Origin: a virus
Lineage: Duplodnaviria; Caudoviricetes
Strand: one strand, 5' to 3'
IMG/VR virus record: IMGVR_UViG_3300025759_000098
Location: 1 to 61,584 of that record
Length of the DNA: 61,584 nt
Shown here: positions 46,225-55,319 of the stretch, one piece after another
How the letters are laid out: each line of letters starts with the position of its first letter
Position numbering within the stretch: the first letter of the stretch is position 1
Made by a program: the position numbers and the translations under genes
The notes under the pieces: generated by a model
Seen by the model: the letters and a program-made list of their open reading frames with translations, nothing else
What the model was told of the DNA's origin: nothing
Database searches by the model: none

Positions 46225-46719
46225 ATGGAAAGAATAAGTAAACACGTAAGTTGGAAAGAAGGTACATATAGTAGAACAGGTGAAAGATTAAATTTAGACA
46301 ACACTCCTAATGAAGAGCAATTAAAATGCATGAAAGAGGTTGCGGAAAATTTGTTTGAACCATTAAGAGAGTGGGTTGGTGGACCAATAAAAATAAATAG
46401 CTTTTTTAGAGGCGAGCCTGTTAACACTGCTATAGGCGGTGAGAAACGTTCACAACACATGAAGGGTCAAGCTATAGATATGGACGATACCTTTGGTCAT
46501 AAGACAAATGCAGAGATGTATCATTATATAAAAGATAATTTAGATTTTGATCAAATGGTTTGGGAGTTTGGTACTGAATATCCTGACGGTAATCCTAATT
46601 GGGTTCATATTAGCTGGGTATCACATAGGCCTAATAGAAAACAAGAGGTTATTGCTATTAAGAAAAATGGCAGGACTAGATATATAAAAGATATTGAAGA
46701 GTATTTAAAAAACAAATAA
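46225..46719 (+). CDS. Peptidase M15 family endolysin
   Basis: INSFFR, SQHMKGQAID, WVHIS Zn-binding motifs; likely start ATG 46225. Confidence 0.85.
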   Translation: MERISKHVSWKEGTYSRTGERLNLDNTPNEEQLKCMKEVAENLFEPLREWVGGPIKINSFFRGEPVNTAIGGEKRSQHMKGQAIDMDDTFGHKTNAEMYHYIKDNLDFDQMVWEFGTEYPDGNPNWVHISWVSHRPNRKQEVIAIKKNGRTRYIKDIEEYLKNK

Positions 46720-46745
46720 CAATTAATTAATTAAAAAACAAAATT

Positions 46746-47162
46746 ATGGCAACAACGACAGCGACTTTAACGCTAACAAGTACTGACTTGCTGACAGACT
46801 CATTATCGCTGTCGGCTACGTCAACATTGTACAAAGCAGGTACGACAACGGGATTGGACAGTATCCAATACGAAAGATTAGAAGTTCCAACTGGTGATGT
46901 TTATGATATGATAGACGCTACTTCTGCAGGGGCAAACAAAGCTAACAAAATATATATAGCTAACAAAGGTACTGACGCTACTAAATATGTAGATATTTAT
47001 ATAGCTTCTTTAAACATTGGTAGATTATATGCTGGTGACTGGGCTTTCTTTCCACTAGAAGCGGCGGCAGCAACTCAAGATGTGGGTGTAGAAGCTATTG
47101 GTGCTGCACAAGTAGTTGAGTTCGCTTTAATTCACGAAGGTAAAACACTAGTAGCATCATAG
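46746..47162 (+). CDS. Putative structural protein, paralog A
   Basis: MATTTATLTLTSTD...KIYIAN...IGRLYAGDW. Confidence 0.7.
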   Translation: MATTTATLTLTSTDLLTDSLSLSATSTLYKAGTTTGLDSIQYERLEVPTGDVYDMIDATSAGANKANKIYIANKGTDATKYVDIYIASLNIGRLYAGDWAFFPLEAAAATQDVGVEAIGAAQVVEFALIHEGKTLVAS

Positions 47163-47189
47163 TATTAATATAAAAAAAAATAAATAAAA

Positions 47190-47609
47190 ATGGCGACAAC
47201 AACAGCACAAATAACATTAACTAGTACAGACATAGCTGATAACGCATTATCTATTTCTAATACGATGACGCTTACTACAGCAGGAACTGAGACTGGTTTA
47301 ACAGAAACAACTGGATTAGCTAGAAAGAAAGTAGCTAGCGCTAGTTTAGCAGACTTGATTACAGTAGCAAACACAGATGTAACAGCGGCTAAATCAGCTA
47401 AAGTATACATTAAGAACACTAGTACCGCTACAGATAAATATGGGTTAATAGGTATTGGAGATTCAAGTGGAACACCAATTTATATTGGTAGGTTATATGG
47501 AGGTGATTGGATGTTAATTCCATGGGACGCAAACTCTGGAGAAGACATTACGCTTACCATGAGCGATTCTACTGAAACAATTATTGAATACATGGTATTC
47601 TTTGAATAA
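47190..47609 (+). CDS. Putative structural protein, paralog B
   Basis: MATTTAQITLTSTD...KVYIKN...IGRLYGGDW. Confidence 0.7.
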   Translation: MATTTAQITLTSTDIADNALSISNTMTLTTAGTETGLTETTGLARKKVASASLADLITVANTDVTAAKSAKVYIKNTSTATDKYGLIGIGDSSGTPIYIGRLYGGDWMLIPWDANSGEDITLTMSDSTETIIEYMVFFE

Positions 47610-47612
47610 AAG

Positions 47613-47637
47613 AAAAGGGGCTTACGCCCCTTTTTTT
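47613..47637. terminator. Bidirectional intrinsic terminator between the convergent arms
   Basis: AAAAGGGGC-TTAC-GCCCCTTTTTTT. Confidence 0.9.
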
Positions 47638-47836
47638 AATTTAGTACTGAATTTTTTTGGTTCTGAACCTCAACCCTGACTTGTTGAGCTATGTTCTTAA
47701 TATTTTGCATAGCTTTTCTAAGTCTAGTTCCAGCTGAGTTATTACCTTCTACAAACTTTTCAGCATCAACTTCAACACTGTTAAGCTCATTACCCATTTG
47801 TTGTAATAGTTTTATTACTTCGTTTTCTCCGTACAT
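47636..47836 (-). CDS. Histone H1-like (Hc1-type) small protein
   Basis: DAEKFVEGNNSAGTRLRKAMQNIK resembles the Hc1-like family of Bacteroidota. Confidence 0.65.
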   Translation of the reverse strand: MYGENEVIKLLQQMGNELNSVEVDAEKFVEGNNSAGTRLRKAMQNIKNIAQQVRVEVQNQKNSVLN

Positions 47837-47851
47837 TTAATTTAATTTAAG

Positions 47852-49720
47852 TTATAGGCTTGTTACTTCACAAGATCCACCGGCACAAGCCAGTTCGCCT
47901 GATAGATCTGTATTATCATTTAACTCTACTACTTTAGTTAAGTCTATATCCTGAAGTAGCTTTGTCATTTCATCATACTTAGCTTTAGTTATATCTTCAA
48001 ATGGAGCCTGAGTATATGTACCTCCGTCGTAAGGTAAAACAGACAAACCATTATAGTTGTTTCTGTTTTCCCACATCCACTCACCTGCTGGTTCCCAGTC
48101 TTTATCTTTCAAACTTATTGTAGCTGAAACATTATGTGTGTTACTACCAGACTTATGTCCTGTTGCAACCCACTCTGTAGCTACTTTTTTAACACGTTCT
48201 AATAAATCAAAAGCAGACTCTGTTCTTATAATAGAACCTTTAGGTGCGGCTTGTGGTATTTCTATAACAGCAGTATCATGAGGTCTAAAGTATTCATCTT
48301 GTACTAACTCTGGATGGTGCATAGCAAGGTAACTATAAATAGCTTCGTTTTTACCTACGCGCATCCTACGAATATAATATTTGTTATGCCATGCATGAAT
48401 ACCCGAAGACGTACCGAGCACCAGAGATGTTGTCCCTGCAGGTTTAACACACGTCGTGCGAGCCGCAGGATTAATACCAATAGTCTTAGCTACTATTCTA
48501 TTCATCATTTTAACTTGATCTGCAGCTTGGTTTAAGTCTAAGTTTAAAACTTTACCGCTACCAATACCTGTCATTGAAACACCAATCAACGCATCTCTCT
48601 CTGTTGTCTCTTGCCAAACTTCTCTAAGATAATGAAACTCTGTATAACCAGCTTGTAACGTACCTATAAAAGCAGCAGCGGCAACTCTATCGTTTAATTC
48701 CTCTTGCGTGTCTACATCAGATACGTTTACTTCACATAAGTTACAAAACTGAAAAGGTCTTAATGCTATTTCACAGCATGGATTAGTTCCCCAGTCTTTA
48801 TCGTTATTAAAATATATACCAGGCTCACCAGAACCAGATAGCTCTATACGTTTCCACAAGTCCATAAAAAACTCTTTTGTTATTTTATGTCTCATAAGTA
48901 CCGCTGAGTTATTAGCTCTACCTCTTTGTGGATTTGTTTCCCACCATTGACCTGATTTACAAGCTATCATCTCCTCATCATACGCGGAAAATAACGATAT
49001 AAGAGCAGCTCTACGTATACCGCCAGCGAGTACGGCATCTGCGATATGACAAACGATGTCATGAACTTCAATACTTTTGAGTTTATCTCCATCTTGTTTT
49101 GCATCTAATATACCTTTAATTTTTACTAAACACTCTCTTAGTGGTTGAGGTCCTGGTGCTTTACCACCTGATGTAACTAGCCTAGCACCTTTAGGTCTTA
49201 TATCTGAGTAATCAAACTTTATTTTAGACGAACGTTTGCTACCCATATAAGATTTAATTAGCACTTTAATAGCATCAGACCAACCTTCAATACTATCGCC
49301 AATAACAAACCTACGTTTTCTTACAGCATGAGGCTTGATTACCTCTGGTAGCTTTTTTATATTGTGTAGCTGCACTGAATAACCTACACCACAACCTGAT
49401 AACAATAAAAACATAACTTCACTAAAAGCATCAATATGATCAACAGGAAGGTAGGCACAATTATAAAGTCTATTAGGACTAATTTCAATAGGCTTACCAC
49501 CGAATTGCAGCGATCGCATTGACGGGAGGACTTTCTTTTCATATACATATTTATAATAAGTTTCTATATCATTTTTTAAACTCGGATATTTTCTTATGTG
49601 CATTTGCTTGTTACGATCAACTAACTCTTCCCAAGTTTCTCTACGTTGTAACTCAGGAATATACTTAGCGTACTTCATATGCACGGTAATATCTGAGAGT
49701 ATATTATTGTTTATATTCAT
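47852..49720 (-). CDS. nrdJ: Class II (adenosylcobalamin-dependent) ribonucleotide reductase
   Basis: TNPCCEI, CNLCE, VKPAGT, C-terminal CAGGSC; no small subunit gene nearby. Confidence 0.9.
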   Translation of the reverse strand: MNINNNILSDITVHMKYAKYIPELQRRETWEELVDRNKQMHIRKYPSLKNDIETYYKYVYEKKVLPSMRSLQFGGKPIEISPNRLYNCAYLPVDHIDAFSEVMFLLLSGCGVGYSVQLHNIKKLPEVIKPHAVRKRRFVIGDSIEGWSDAIKVLIKSYMGSKRSSKIKFDYSDIRPKGARLVTSGGKAPGPQPLRECLVKIKGILDAKQDGDKLKSIEVHDIVCHIADAVLAGGIRRAALISLFSAYDEEMIACKSGQWWETNPQRGRANNSAVLMRHKITKEFFMDLWKRIELSGSGEPGIYFNNDKDWGTNPCCEIALRPFQFCNLCEVNVSDVDTQEELNDRVAAAAFIGTLQAGYTEFHYLREVWQETTERDALIGVSMTGIGSGKVLNLDLNQAADQVKMMNRIVAKTIGINPAARTTCVKPAGTTSLVLGTSSGIHAWHNKYYIRRMRVGKNEAIYSYLAMHHPELVQDEYFRPHDTAVIEIPQAAPKGSIIRTESAFDLLERVKKVATEWVATGHKSGSNTHNVSATISLKDKDWEPAGEWMWENRNNYNGLSVLPYDGGTYTQAPFEDITKAKYDEMTKLLQDIDLTKVVELNDNTDLSGELACAGGSCEVTSL

Positions 49721-49860
49721 TATTTATAAATAGTTAAACACGCGTCTATAAACGGTAAGTATAACACATGATTAGTTTTAACTTCTTCTTCATAAGACCT
49801 AAACCCTGTTAATATACCAGGATAAAATCCAAAACTTAATTCCCAATTTTTATTTTTCAT
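49720..49860 (-). CDS. 46-aa hypothetical protein (not in ORF track)
   Basis: Hand-translated MKNKNWELSFGFYPGILTGFRSYEEEVKTNHVLYLPFIDACLTIYK; TAATG coupling to nrdJ. Confidence 0.6.
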   Translation of the reverse strand: MKNKNWELSFGFYPGILTGFRSYEEEVKTNHVLYLPFIDACLTIYK

Positions 49861-50323
49861 CTTTTCTTTTTTTAATTATTAATTCTACTACTTTGTCACA
49901 TTCCTTTTGGTTCTGAGGTTTATATAAAGTTACATATGGTAAGTTTTCTTTTACATACTTTTTAAACATTTTCCAACGCATTGGAAAACTTTCGTTTGCT
50001 CTACCTTTACATTCAATTATAAACGAGTCAGATACAAAATCAGGCGTGTACTTTATGTTTAATATTTTTTTACTACCTCTATTAACCATATCACCCTTAC
50101 CATTACTTTGTCTTTCATAACTTTCATTATCAAACATAAATCCATCTTGCAGTACAAATGTTTCTCCTTCGTATACTGCTCGTATTTTATTTTTCTTTAA
50201 TGCTTGATACATATACTTCTCTAAACCAGAGGCAAATGTAACCCCGTCAAAAGTAACTTTCTTACTTCTGACAGGACCACGCTTACGTTTAAATTTCTTC
50301 TTCATCGTACTTAATCTTGTCAA
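49850..50323 (-). CDS. T7 endonuclease I-like nuclease (Holliday junction resolvase)
   Basis: FASGLE, YTPDF, IIECKG motifs. Confidence 0.75.
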   Translation of the reverse strand: MTRLSTMKKKFKRKRGPVRSKKVTFDGVTFASGLEKYMYQALKKNKIRAVYEGETFVLQDGFMFDNESYERQSNGKGDMVNRGSKKILNIKYTPDFVSDSFIIECKGRANESFPMRWKMFKKYVKENLPYVTLYKPQNQKECDKVVELIIKKRKDEK

Positions 50324-50600
50324 TTAAAGCTTCTTCAGATAAATCTTGTAATTCATCTCTGGCTGCTTGTATATATAATATAGCATCCATAAGCTCTTCT
50401 TGTACATCGTTTAAATACTTTTGAAGACCTTTCATTTTAAATCTACGTTCATCATCTAACGTTGAACCATATTTAGCATAGCCAACATCTGAACGTTTAA
50501 CAAACTTATCAACCACAGTTCTAACTACAGGATCTCTAAATCCATATTCTTTTCTTGATGTGATACCGTTCTTGGCATCGTATATTTCTCTACTTGACAT
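50289..50600 (-). CDS. Putative all-alpha NTP pyrophosphohydrolase-like protein
   Basis: GYAKYGSTL...QEELMDAILY (EExxD). Confidence 0.55.
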   Translation of the reverse strand: MSSREIYDAKNGITSRKEYGFRDPVVRTVVDKFVKRSDVGYAKYGSTLDDERRFKMKGLQKYLNDVQEELMDAILYIQAARDELQDLSEEALIDKIKYDEEEI

Positions 50601-50602
50601 AA

Positions 50603-51475
50603 TTAATCTTTTTTAAATGTTCCGTTTTCCATTTTACCAGTTCTATCTTTAATCTCAAAGTAAGCTTGTTCAATACAACCTTCAATTGATTCACCTAGTA
50701 ATTCAGCTAAGTTAGTTAGTACAACTACACAGTCGCCAATACCATCAATAGCTTCCATATCGTTACCTTTTAATATAGCTCTACAAGTTTCACCAACCTC
50801 TTCAACAAGTTTTAACGCTTGAGTTTTAGGGTCGCCTTTATCATACAAACCTCTTTTGTCGGCCCACTCTCTTATTAATTCAAACATACTAACTTCTGAA
50901 CAGCTTTCGTCACAGTACTTTTGTTGTCTAATACCTGTTGGCGCTAGACCACCAGTTAGTGTACCGTTTCTTTTATGTTCAACACCATTCATTTGTTTAG
51001 CGTTGTCAAATATGTTTTCGTAAGCACTATTGTTATCAAACCATCTAGCAAAAGCCCTATTGTATACATAACATCTATCATTAGTATATTGAGATCGTTT
51101 AACGTTTTGCATTATCCACTCAATTGATTTCGTTGTTATACAGACTCTACCGAAATCTGTTTCCCATGACATACCTTTATTGTCCATAAGTCTGCCTTTA
51201 AGTTTATTGACTGGACATGGGAAAGTCGTAGTCATTTCTGTTACATTTATTTTCATTTTATTACATTTTAATTTACTATATAATTTCATATCTACTCTAT
51301 ATCCAAGAGCTTTTTGTAATTGTCTTTCTTTTTCAGACACTAAATCTATATCTGTAGTAGACATTATTACTTCGTACTCATCTGGATAATAACCTTGTTG
51401 ACGTTCAACTCTGTCTTCAAGATTTGTTGTTACACCTATTTTTACACCCGGTACATGGTACAAATAATACATCAT
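50603..51475 (-). CDS. MazG-like NTP pyrophosphohydrolase with N-terminal GIY-YIG-like domain
   Basis: C-terminal KLVEEVGE...DGIGD; N-terminal YYLYH...KIGVTTNLEDRV. Confidence 0.7.
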   Translation of the reverse strand: MMYYLYHVPGVKIGVTTNLEDRVERQQGYYPDEYEVIMSTTDIDLVSEKERQLQKALGYRVDMKLYSKLKCNKMKINVTEMTTTFPCPVNKLKGRLMDNKGMSWETDFGRVCITTKSIEWIMQNVKRSQYTNDRCYVYNRAFARWFDNNSAYENIFDNAKQMNGVEHKRNGTLTGGLAPTGIRQQKYCDESCSEVSMFELIREWADKRGLYDKGDPKTQALKLVEEVGETCRAILKGNDMEAIDGIGDCVVVLTNLAELLGESIEGCIEQAYFEIKDRTGKMENGTFKKD

Positions 51476-52110
51476 ATTTTATCATTATATAGATGCATAT
51501 TATGTGCGAAATGATAATATACACCCGGTTCAATATTAAGTCTGTTAGAGACCATCTTTTGCAGCTTAGAGAAACAGTATTGATCGTTACAAAAACCATA
51601 CCACAAATCATTACTACGCATTGTCACACACATGTCAAGTCTACCATGTAGTATTGTGAACTGAACGGCGTAAGTGCAAGGTGTGTCGTTTGTATATTCT
51701 TTATACTCTTTACAATCATATATTGATATTGCAGCTTGCCTTGTATCTGGATTGTACTTAAGTAAATTAACAACGTGATCTATTTGGTTGTTACGTTTCC
51801 ACTGCCAACCATAGTTAGAGTTTACGTTACCATCTTCGTCAGCCATACGTTTCCATATAGCTGGAACTTTACCATACAGATCACCTAGTTTAGCTATGTT
51901 ACGATCACCAGATAAATACCACTGCCATTCAGCTTCTGCATACCTTATTTTCCAGTCACGTTCTTTATTTATTATCTTGTTGTCTTGTGAGTCTGTAATA
52001 TACACACCAACATTAAACAAGGCTTTAGTGCCTGCAAAGTCTACGCCATCTTGTATTATCCTGTCGTGTAAGTATTCATACGCGTCGTTTGCTGTTCTAA
52101 ATTTATGCAT
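51472..52110 (-). CDS. dCMP hydroxymethylase/methylase (thymidylate synthase superfamily, T4 gp42-like)
   Basis: PAIWKRMADEDGNVNSNYGW, catalytic PCT, MRSNDLWYGFCND with Asp at the specificity position. Confidence 0.75.
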   Translation of the reverse strand: MHKFRTANDAYEYLHDRIIQDGVDFAGTKALFNVGVYITDSQDNKIINKERDWKIRYAEAEWQWYLSGDRNIAKLGDLYGKVPAIWKRMADEDGNVNSNYGWQWKRNNQIDHVVNLLKYNPDTRQAAISIYDCKEYKEYTNDTPCTYAVQFTILHGRLDMCVTMRSNDLWYGFCNDQYCFSKLQKMVSNRLNIEPGVYYHFAHNMHLYNDKI

Positions 52111-52258
52111 AATATTCTCCTTTATATTTAATAAAATTAGTTAAGTCTTTTATACTATAATCATCTACACCAGGTATAACCTTAAAGTACGTTTTTGACT
52201 CACCATTTTTAGTTAGTTTAATTACGTTTTTATTTATTTGTTTTAATTTATTATCCAT
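52103..52258 (-). CDS. 51-aa hypothetical protein (not in ORF track)
   Basis: Hand-translated MDNKLKQINKNVIKLTKNGESKTYFKVIPGVDDYSIKDLTNFIKYKGEYYA; overlaps both neighbours. Confidence 0.5.
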   Translation of the reverse strand: MDNKLKQINKNVIKLTKNGESKTYFKVIPGVDDYSIKDLTNFIKYKGEYYA

Positions 52259-52279
52259 CTTTATTCGTATTTAGTTTGT
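52249..52279 (-). promoter_or_regulatory. Bipartite motif copy 3 (ACAAAYTAAATACGA-N9-GATAATA)
   Basis: Matches the copies at 59556 and 61538. Confidence 0.6.
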
Positions 52280-52541
52280 ATTTGCCATAATAATATTCAT
52301 AATATTCTACTACTTTATTATAAATATCTCGATCATCATATCTATTGGGATCGGTATGCCATTTACTATTATTAACTTTAATATCTATTTGCCAGTGCCA
52401 CGCCTCGTGTTTCCAGTCTGGTGATATACCTATTTTAACACCGTTCTTAATAACCACACCAACCATCTCTCTTTGTTCAGGAGTCCACGTATAGTCTGGT
52501 GGTTTTCTAGTCGGTGCTTTGTTAAACTTTTTCCAACCCAT
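52251..52541 (-). CDS. Hypothetical protein
   Basis: 96 aa; coupled to the primase-helicase stop codon. Confidence 0.65.
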   Translation of the reverse strand: MGWKKFNKAPTRKPPDYTWTPEQREMVGVVIKNGVKIGISPDWKHEAWHWQIDIKVNNSKWHTDPNRYDDRDIYNKVVEYYEYYYGKYKLNTNKDG

Positions 52542-54247
52542 TATTCCCAGGGCATTGGTTCGTTAGACATATCTACCGTTTCGTGAGGAACAAAAGCACC
52601 TGACTTAGGTTCCCAAGTGAAATGAGCTTCAGCGCCGTTTTCACCGAGGTTTTGAAACTTAACTTTAAGTACTTTAACTTTAGTTGTTTTAGCCTCATAG
52701 TCTCTGTGTACTAACAAACCATGGTAACTAGCATCGTACCATTCACCACCACCTTTAATATTGTACATTGTTGGCTCTTCAATTTTACCATCTTGGCCTT
52801 TATACATTTTAGTAGGGTGAGCAACTATAAAAGTTAGTACATCATACTTTTTACAGAAAGCTTCAATCTTAGCTAAGTAATCCATTGTGTAACGGTTTAC
52901 GTCATCTGACGCTGCGTTTGTATCTCTAATCTTATTAAACGGGTCTAGTACTAAACATTTAATACCTTTACGTTTTACAAGCTCAGCGCCTTTACGTAGC
53001 ACAGCATCAAGATTATATTTATCCATGTCAATAAAGTAGTAATTATCATTGACATGATCTGTTACTTGTTCCCATTTATTACCTCCAATATCACCTACAC
53101 GTGGCATGTCTTGCCAGTGTTTTCTCATGAGCTTGTGCGCGTGCAGATAGACTGGTTGGTTTTCAGGACTAGCATACGCAGTCTTCCAACCATAGAGTTG
53201 GTTATATCCCACAACCATCTGGTCAACGAAGTCAGACTTCCCAGAGCTAGGTATGCCGGTAACAGTAATAAACTGACCGGTGTAAGTACTGAAAATAGAA
53301 TCAAAGTTTTTAAGTCCGATTTGAAATCCGGGCTTAAATCCATTTTTAACAAAGTCTTTAAGTTCATCTTCTATATCTTTTAATGTTGATACATTTTCTA
53401 GTGGTACTGGTCTAGCTTTATTTACAGCATCACGTAAAGCTTCAGCACCATGTTCTATTAAGAAATCGTTAGCGTCTTTGTTACCGTTAAAATCTATTAT
53501 GTAACATACTTCTGCACCAAGACGTCTAACAAGCTCTCGTTGTAACATTTGACCAGGTTCGTCTGCATCAACAGCGATTATTATTTTATTTTTGTCATCA
53601 AAGTAATCAATACAATTATCTAAGTAATCTAAATTGTTACGATTCAACGTGGCTCCATTAGGAACTGAAATAACATTTTTAACACCGGCTTCATATAATG
53701 CTAGTACATCCATCTCGCCTTCAACAATAACACAAGTTTCATAACCTATAATACTGTTGATGTTATAAAATACTTTTTCAGCGCCTTTATAAAGCTTGAA
53801 GTTTTTTCTACCGTCACGATACTTAACATTGATAAGCTGATCACCCATATAGTAATTAAACTGTATTGTGTTTTCTTGCTTACCGGTTTGTGGCATAAAC
53901 TCTTGGCCTTCACTTACACGTAAGTCGGCCAGAGTTTGTTTACTTATACCACGTGATTTAAACCACTCTTCAACTTTGGTCCCTACTTCATTTAAAGGTT
54001 CAGTCTTAGGTCTTATATATACCTTTTCACTGGCACCTTTACGTTGGTATGTGTGAAGCTGAAAAGTAGTATCACAATTGTGACATGTACCGAGACCACG
54101 TTCCCAATCATACGAAGCACATTGTAACTTCTGATTCTTAGGTTTCCTAGTATGTGAACACAGGGGACAAATCCCCTGCGTTGCTTTTTCTTTTAGGCCG
54201 TATTGATTGTACTTATCAATCAAAAATCCATTGATCTCTTGACTCAT
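52541..54247 (-). CDS. Primase-helicase (T7 gp4/Twinkle-like)
   Basis: Zn finger CPLC..CHNC, TOPRIM EGEMD and DADEPG, Walker A GIPSSGKS, VAHP. Confidence 0.92.
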   Translation of the reverse strand: MSQEINGFLIDKYNQYGLKEKATQGICPLCSHTRKPKNQKLQCASYDWERGLGTCHNCDTTFQLHTYQRKGASEKVYIRPKTEPLNEVGTKVEEWFKSRGISKQTLADLRVSEGQEFMPQTGKQENTIQFNYYMGDQLINVKYRDGRKNFKLYKGAEKVFYNINSIIGYETCVIVEGEMDVLALYEAGVKNVISVPNGATLNRNNLDYLDNCIDYFDDKNKIIIAVDADEPGQMLQRELVRRLGAEVCYIIDFNGNKDANDFLIEHGAEALRDAVNKARPVPLENVSTLKDIEDELKDFVKNGFKPGFQIGLKNFDSIFSTYTGQFITVTGIPSSGKSDFVDQMVVGYNQLYGWKTAYASPENQPVYLHAHKLMRKHWQDMPRVGDIGGNKWEQVTDHVNDNYYFIDMDKYNLDAVLRKGAELVKRKGIKCLVLDPFNKIRDTNAASDDVNRYTMDYLAKIEAFCKKYDVLTFIVAHPTKMYKGQDGKIEEPTMYNIKGGGEWYDASYHGLLVHRDYEAKTTKVKVLKVKFQNLGENGAEAHFTWEPKSGAFVPHETVDMSNEPMPWE

Positions 54248-54250
54248 TTA

Positions 54251-54562
54251 TTAAAATGGTAAGTCTGCGTCAGCGGCAGCCGGAGCAGAGGCTGGAGCTG
54301 ATTGGTTATCATCTCTTGGAGCTGTGTCAACGTTTTGACCATTAGTCCAAACTACTTTTACGTTACCAAGATAAGTCTTAGGCGCTTTAGCATCTCTCTC
54401 ATCTTTGGTTTGTTCTACAACTACAGGGCCTTGATTACCGAACTGATCTGGTTCATCATTTAGTGTAATTGTAATTGGTAAGTATTTACCTTTTTTACCT
54501 ACAAAAATCTTTTCTTTTGGTATTTCATTAAGGTTGATACTTGCTTTAATAATACTTGCCAT
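54251..54562 (-). CDS. Putative single-stranded DNA-binding protein
   Basis: 103 aa ending in acidic DADLPF tail; next to recombination genes. Confidence 0.65.
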   Translation of the reverse strand: MASIIKASINLNEIPKEKIFVGKKGKYLPITITLNDEPDQFGNQGPVVVEQTKDERDAKAPKTYLGNVKVVWTNGQNVDTAPRDDNQSAPASAPAAADADLPF

Positions 54563-54572
54563 ATATAATTAT

Positions 54573-55319
54573 TTATAAGGTTTTGCTTATGAAGTACTGT
54601 TTAGGATCAAAGTCCTTGGTCTTATAAAACAAGTCATAAGCTTCACTTGCTTTACTCACCTTGTCTTCACCGCGTTGATAAAACTCGGGTGAACAATCAA
54701 ACATACCTATTTGGTGTGTCGTCTTATCAATAACTATGAATAACATCTCATACCCGAATAACTTACTATAAATATAAGCTTGTGAATCATAGTTAAATTT
54801 ACTGGCTGACCATTTAAACCTGTCAATATCACCAGTTGTTTTTAAGTCGATAATTAATTTTTCTTCATGATTAATAATATCTGCTTTACCTTTCCATTGA
54901 TTGCCAAATAACTCTGTAACACCTGGAACTTCATATTCAATATCGATACCAGAATTAGTAGTACCTCGTATTAAATCTTTACATATATCATTGCCCATGA
55001 GTTTATCTCTCATCAACTCTATTTCGTCTACCTCTTTTTGTAGTAGACATAGCTCACCACCACTTACATCTTTGTATTCTTTTGTATTTCTAGTACTAGA
55101 CTTAACAACTCTAAAACTTTCTATTTTGTCTGGCTCTAGTATACAGGTGTGAAAATAACCACCAACTAAAAACGCTGGTGATGGTTTGCTAGGCTTGAAG
55201 ACATTTAACGGGTCTTTTAGTAATTTACCAACGTGTGAGTTAGATAAAAACTGATTACCAAAATCACCATAATAGTCTTCGTCATTTTTAAGCCGTTGTA
55301 AGACTTTTTCTTTGTTCAT
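54573..55319 (-). CDS. RecE/exonuclease VIII-like PD-(D/E)xK nuclease
   Basis: GGYFHTCILE, KGKAD, IIDLKTT, YDSQAYIY. Confidence 0.8.
   Translation of the reverse strand: MNKEKVLQRLKNDEDYYGDFGNQFLSNSHVGKLLKDPLNVFKPSKPSPAFLVGGYFHTCILEPDKIESFRVVKSSTRNTKEYKDVSGGELCLLQKEVDEIELMRDKLMGNDICKDLIRGTTNSGIDIEYEVPGVTELFGNQWKGKADIINHEEKLIIDLKTTGDIDRFKWSASKFNYDSQAYIYSKLFGYEMLFIVIDKTTHQIGMFDCSPEFYQRGEDKVSKASEAYDLFYKTKDFDPKQYFISKTL

Noticed and set aside
139-47419. Many - strand ORFs within the + arm (e.g. 3605-4006, 31090-31596, 39790-40263) and + strand ORFs within the - arm
   Set aside because: They lie antisense to long, well-supported genes and have the Phe/Ser/Leu-rich composition typical of shadow frames.
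51472-52110. Annotation as ordinary thymidylate synthase (thyA)
   Set aside because: The specificity residue is Asp and the motifs match T4 gp42 better, so the symbol is withheld.
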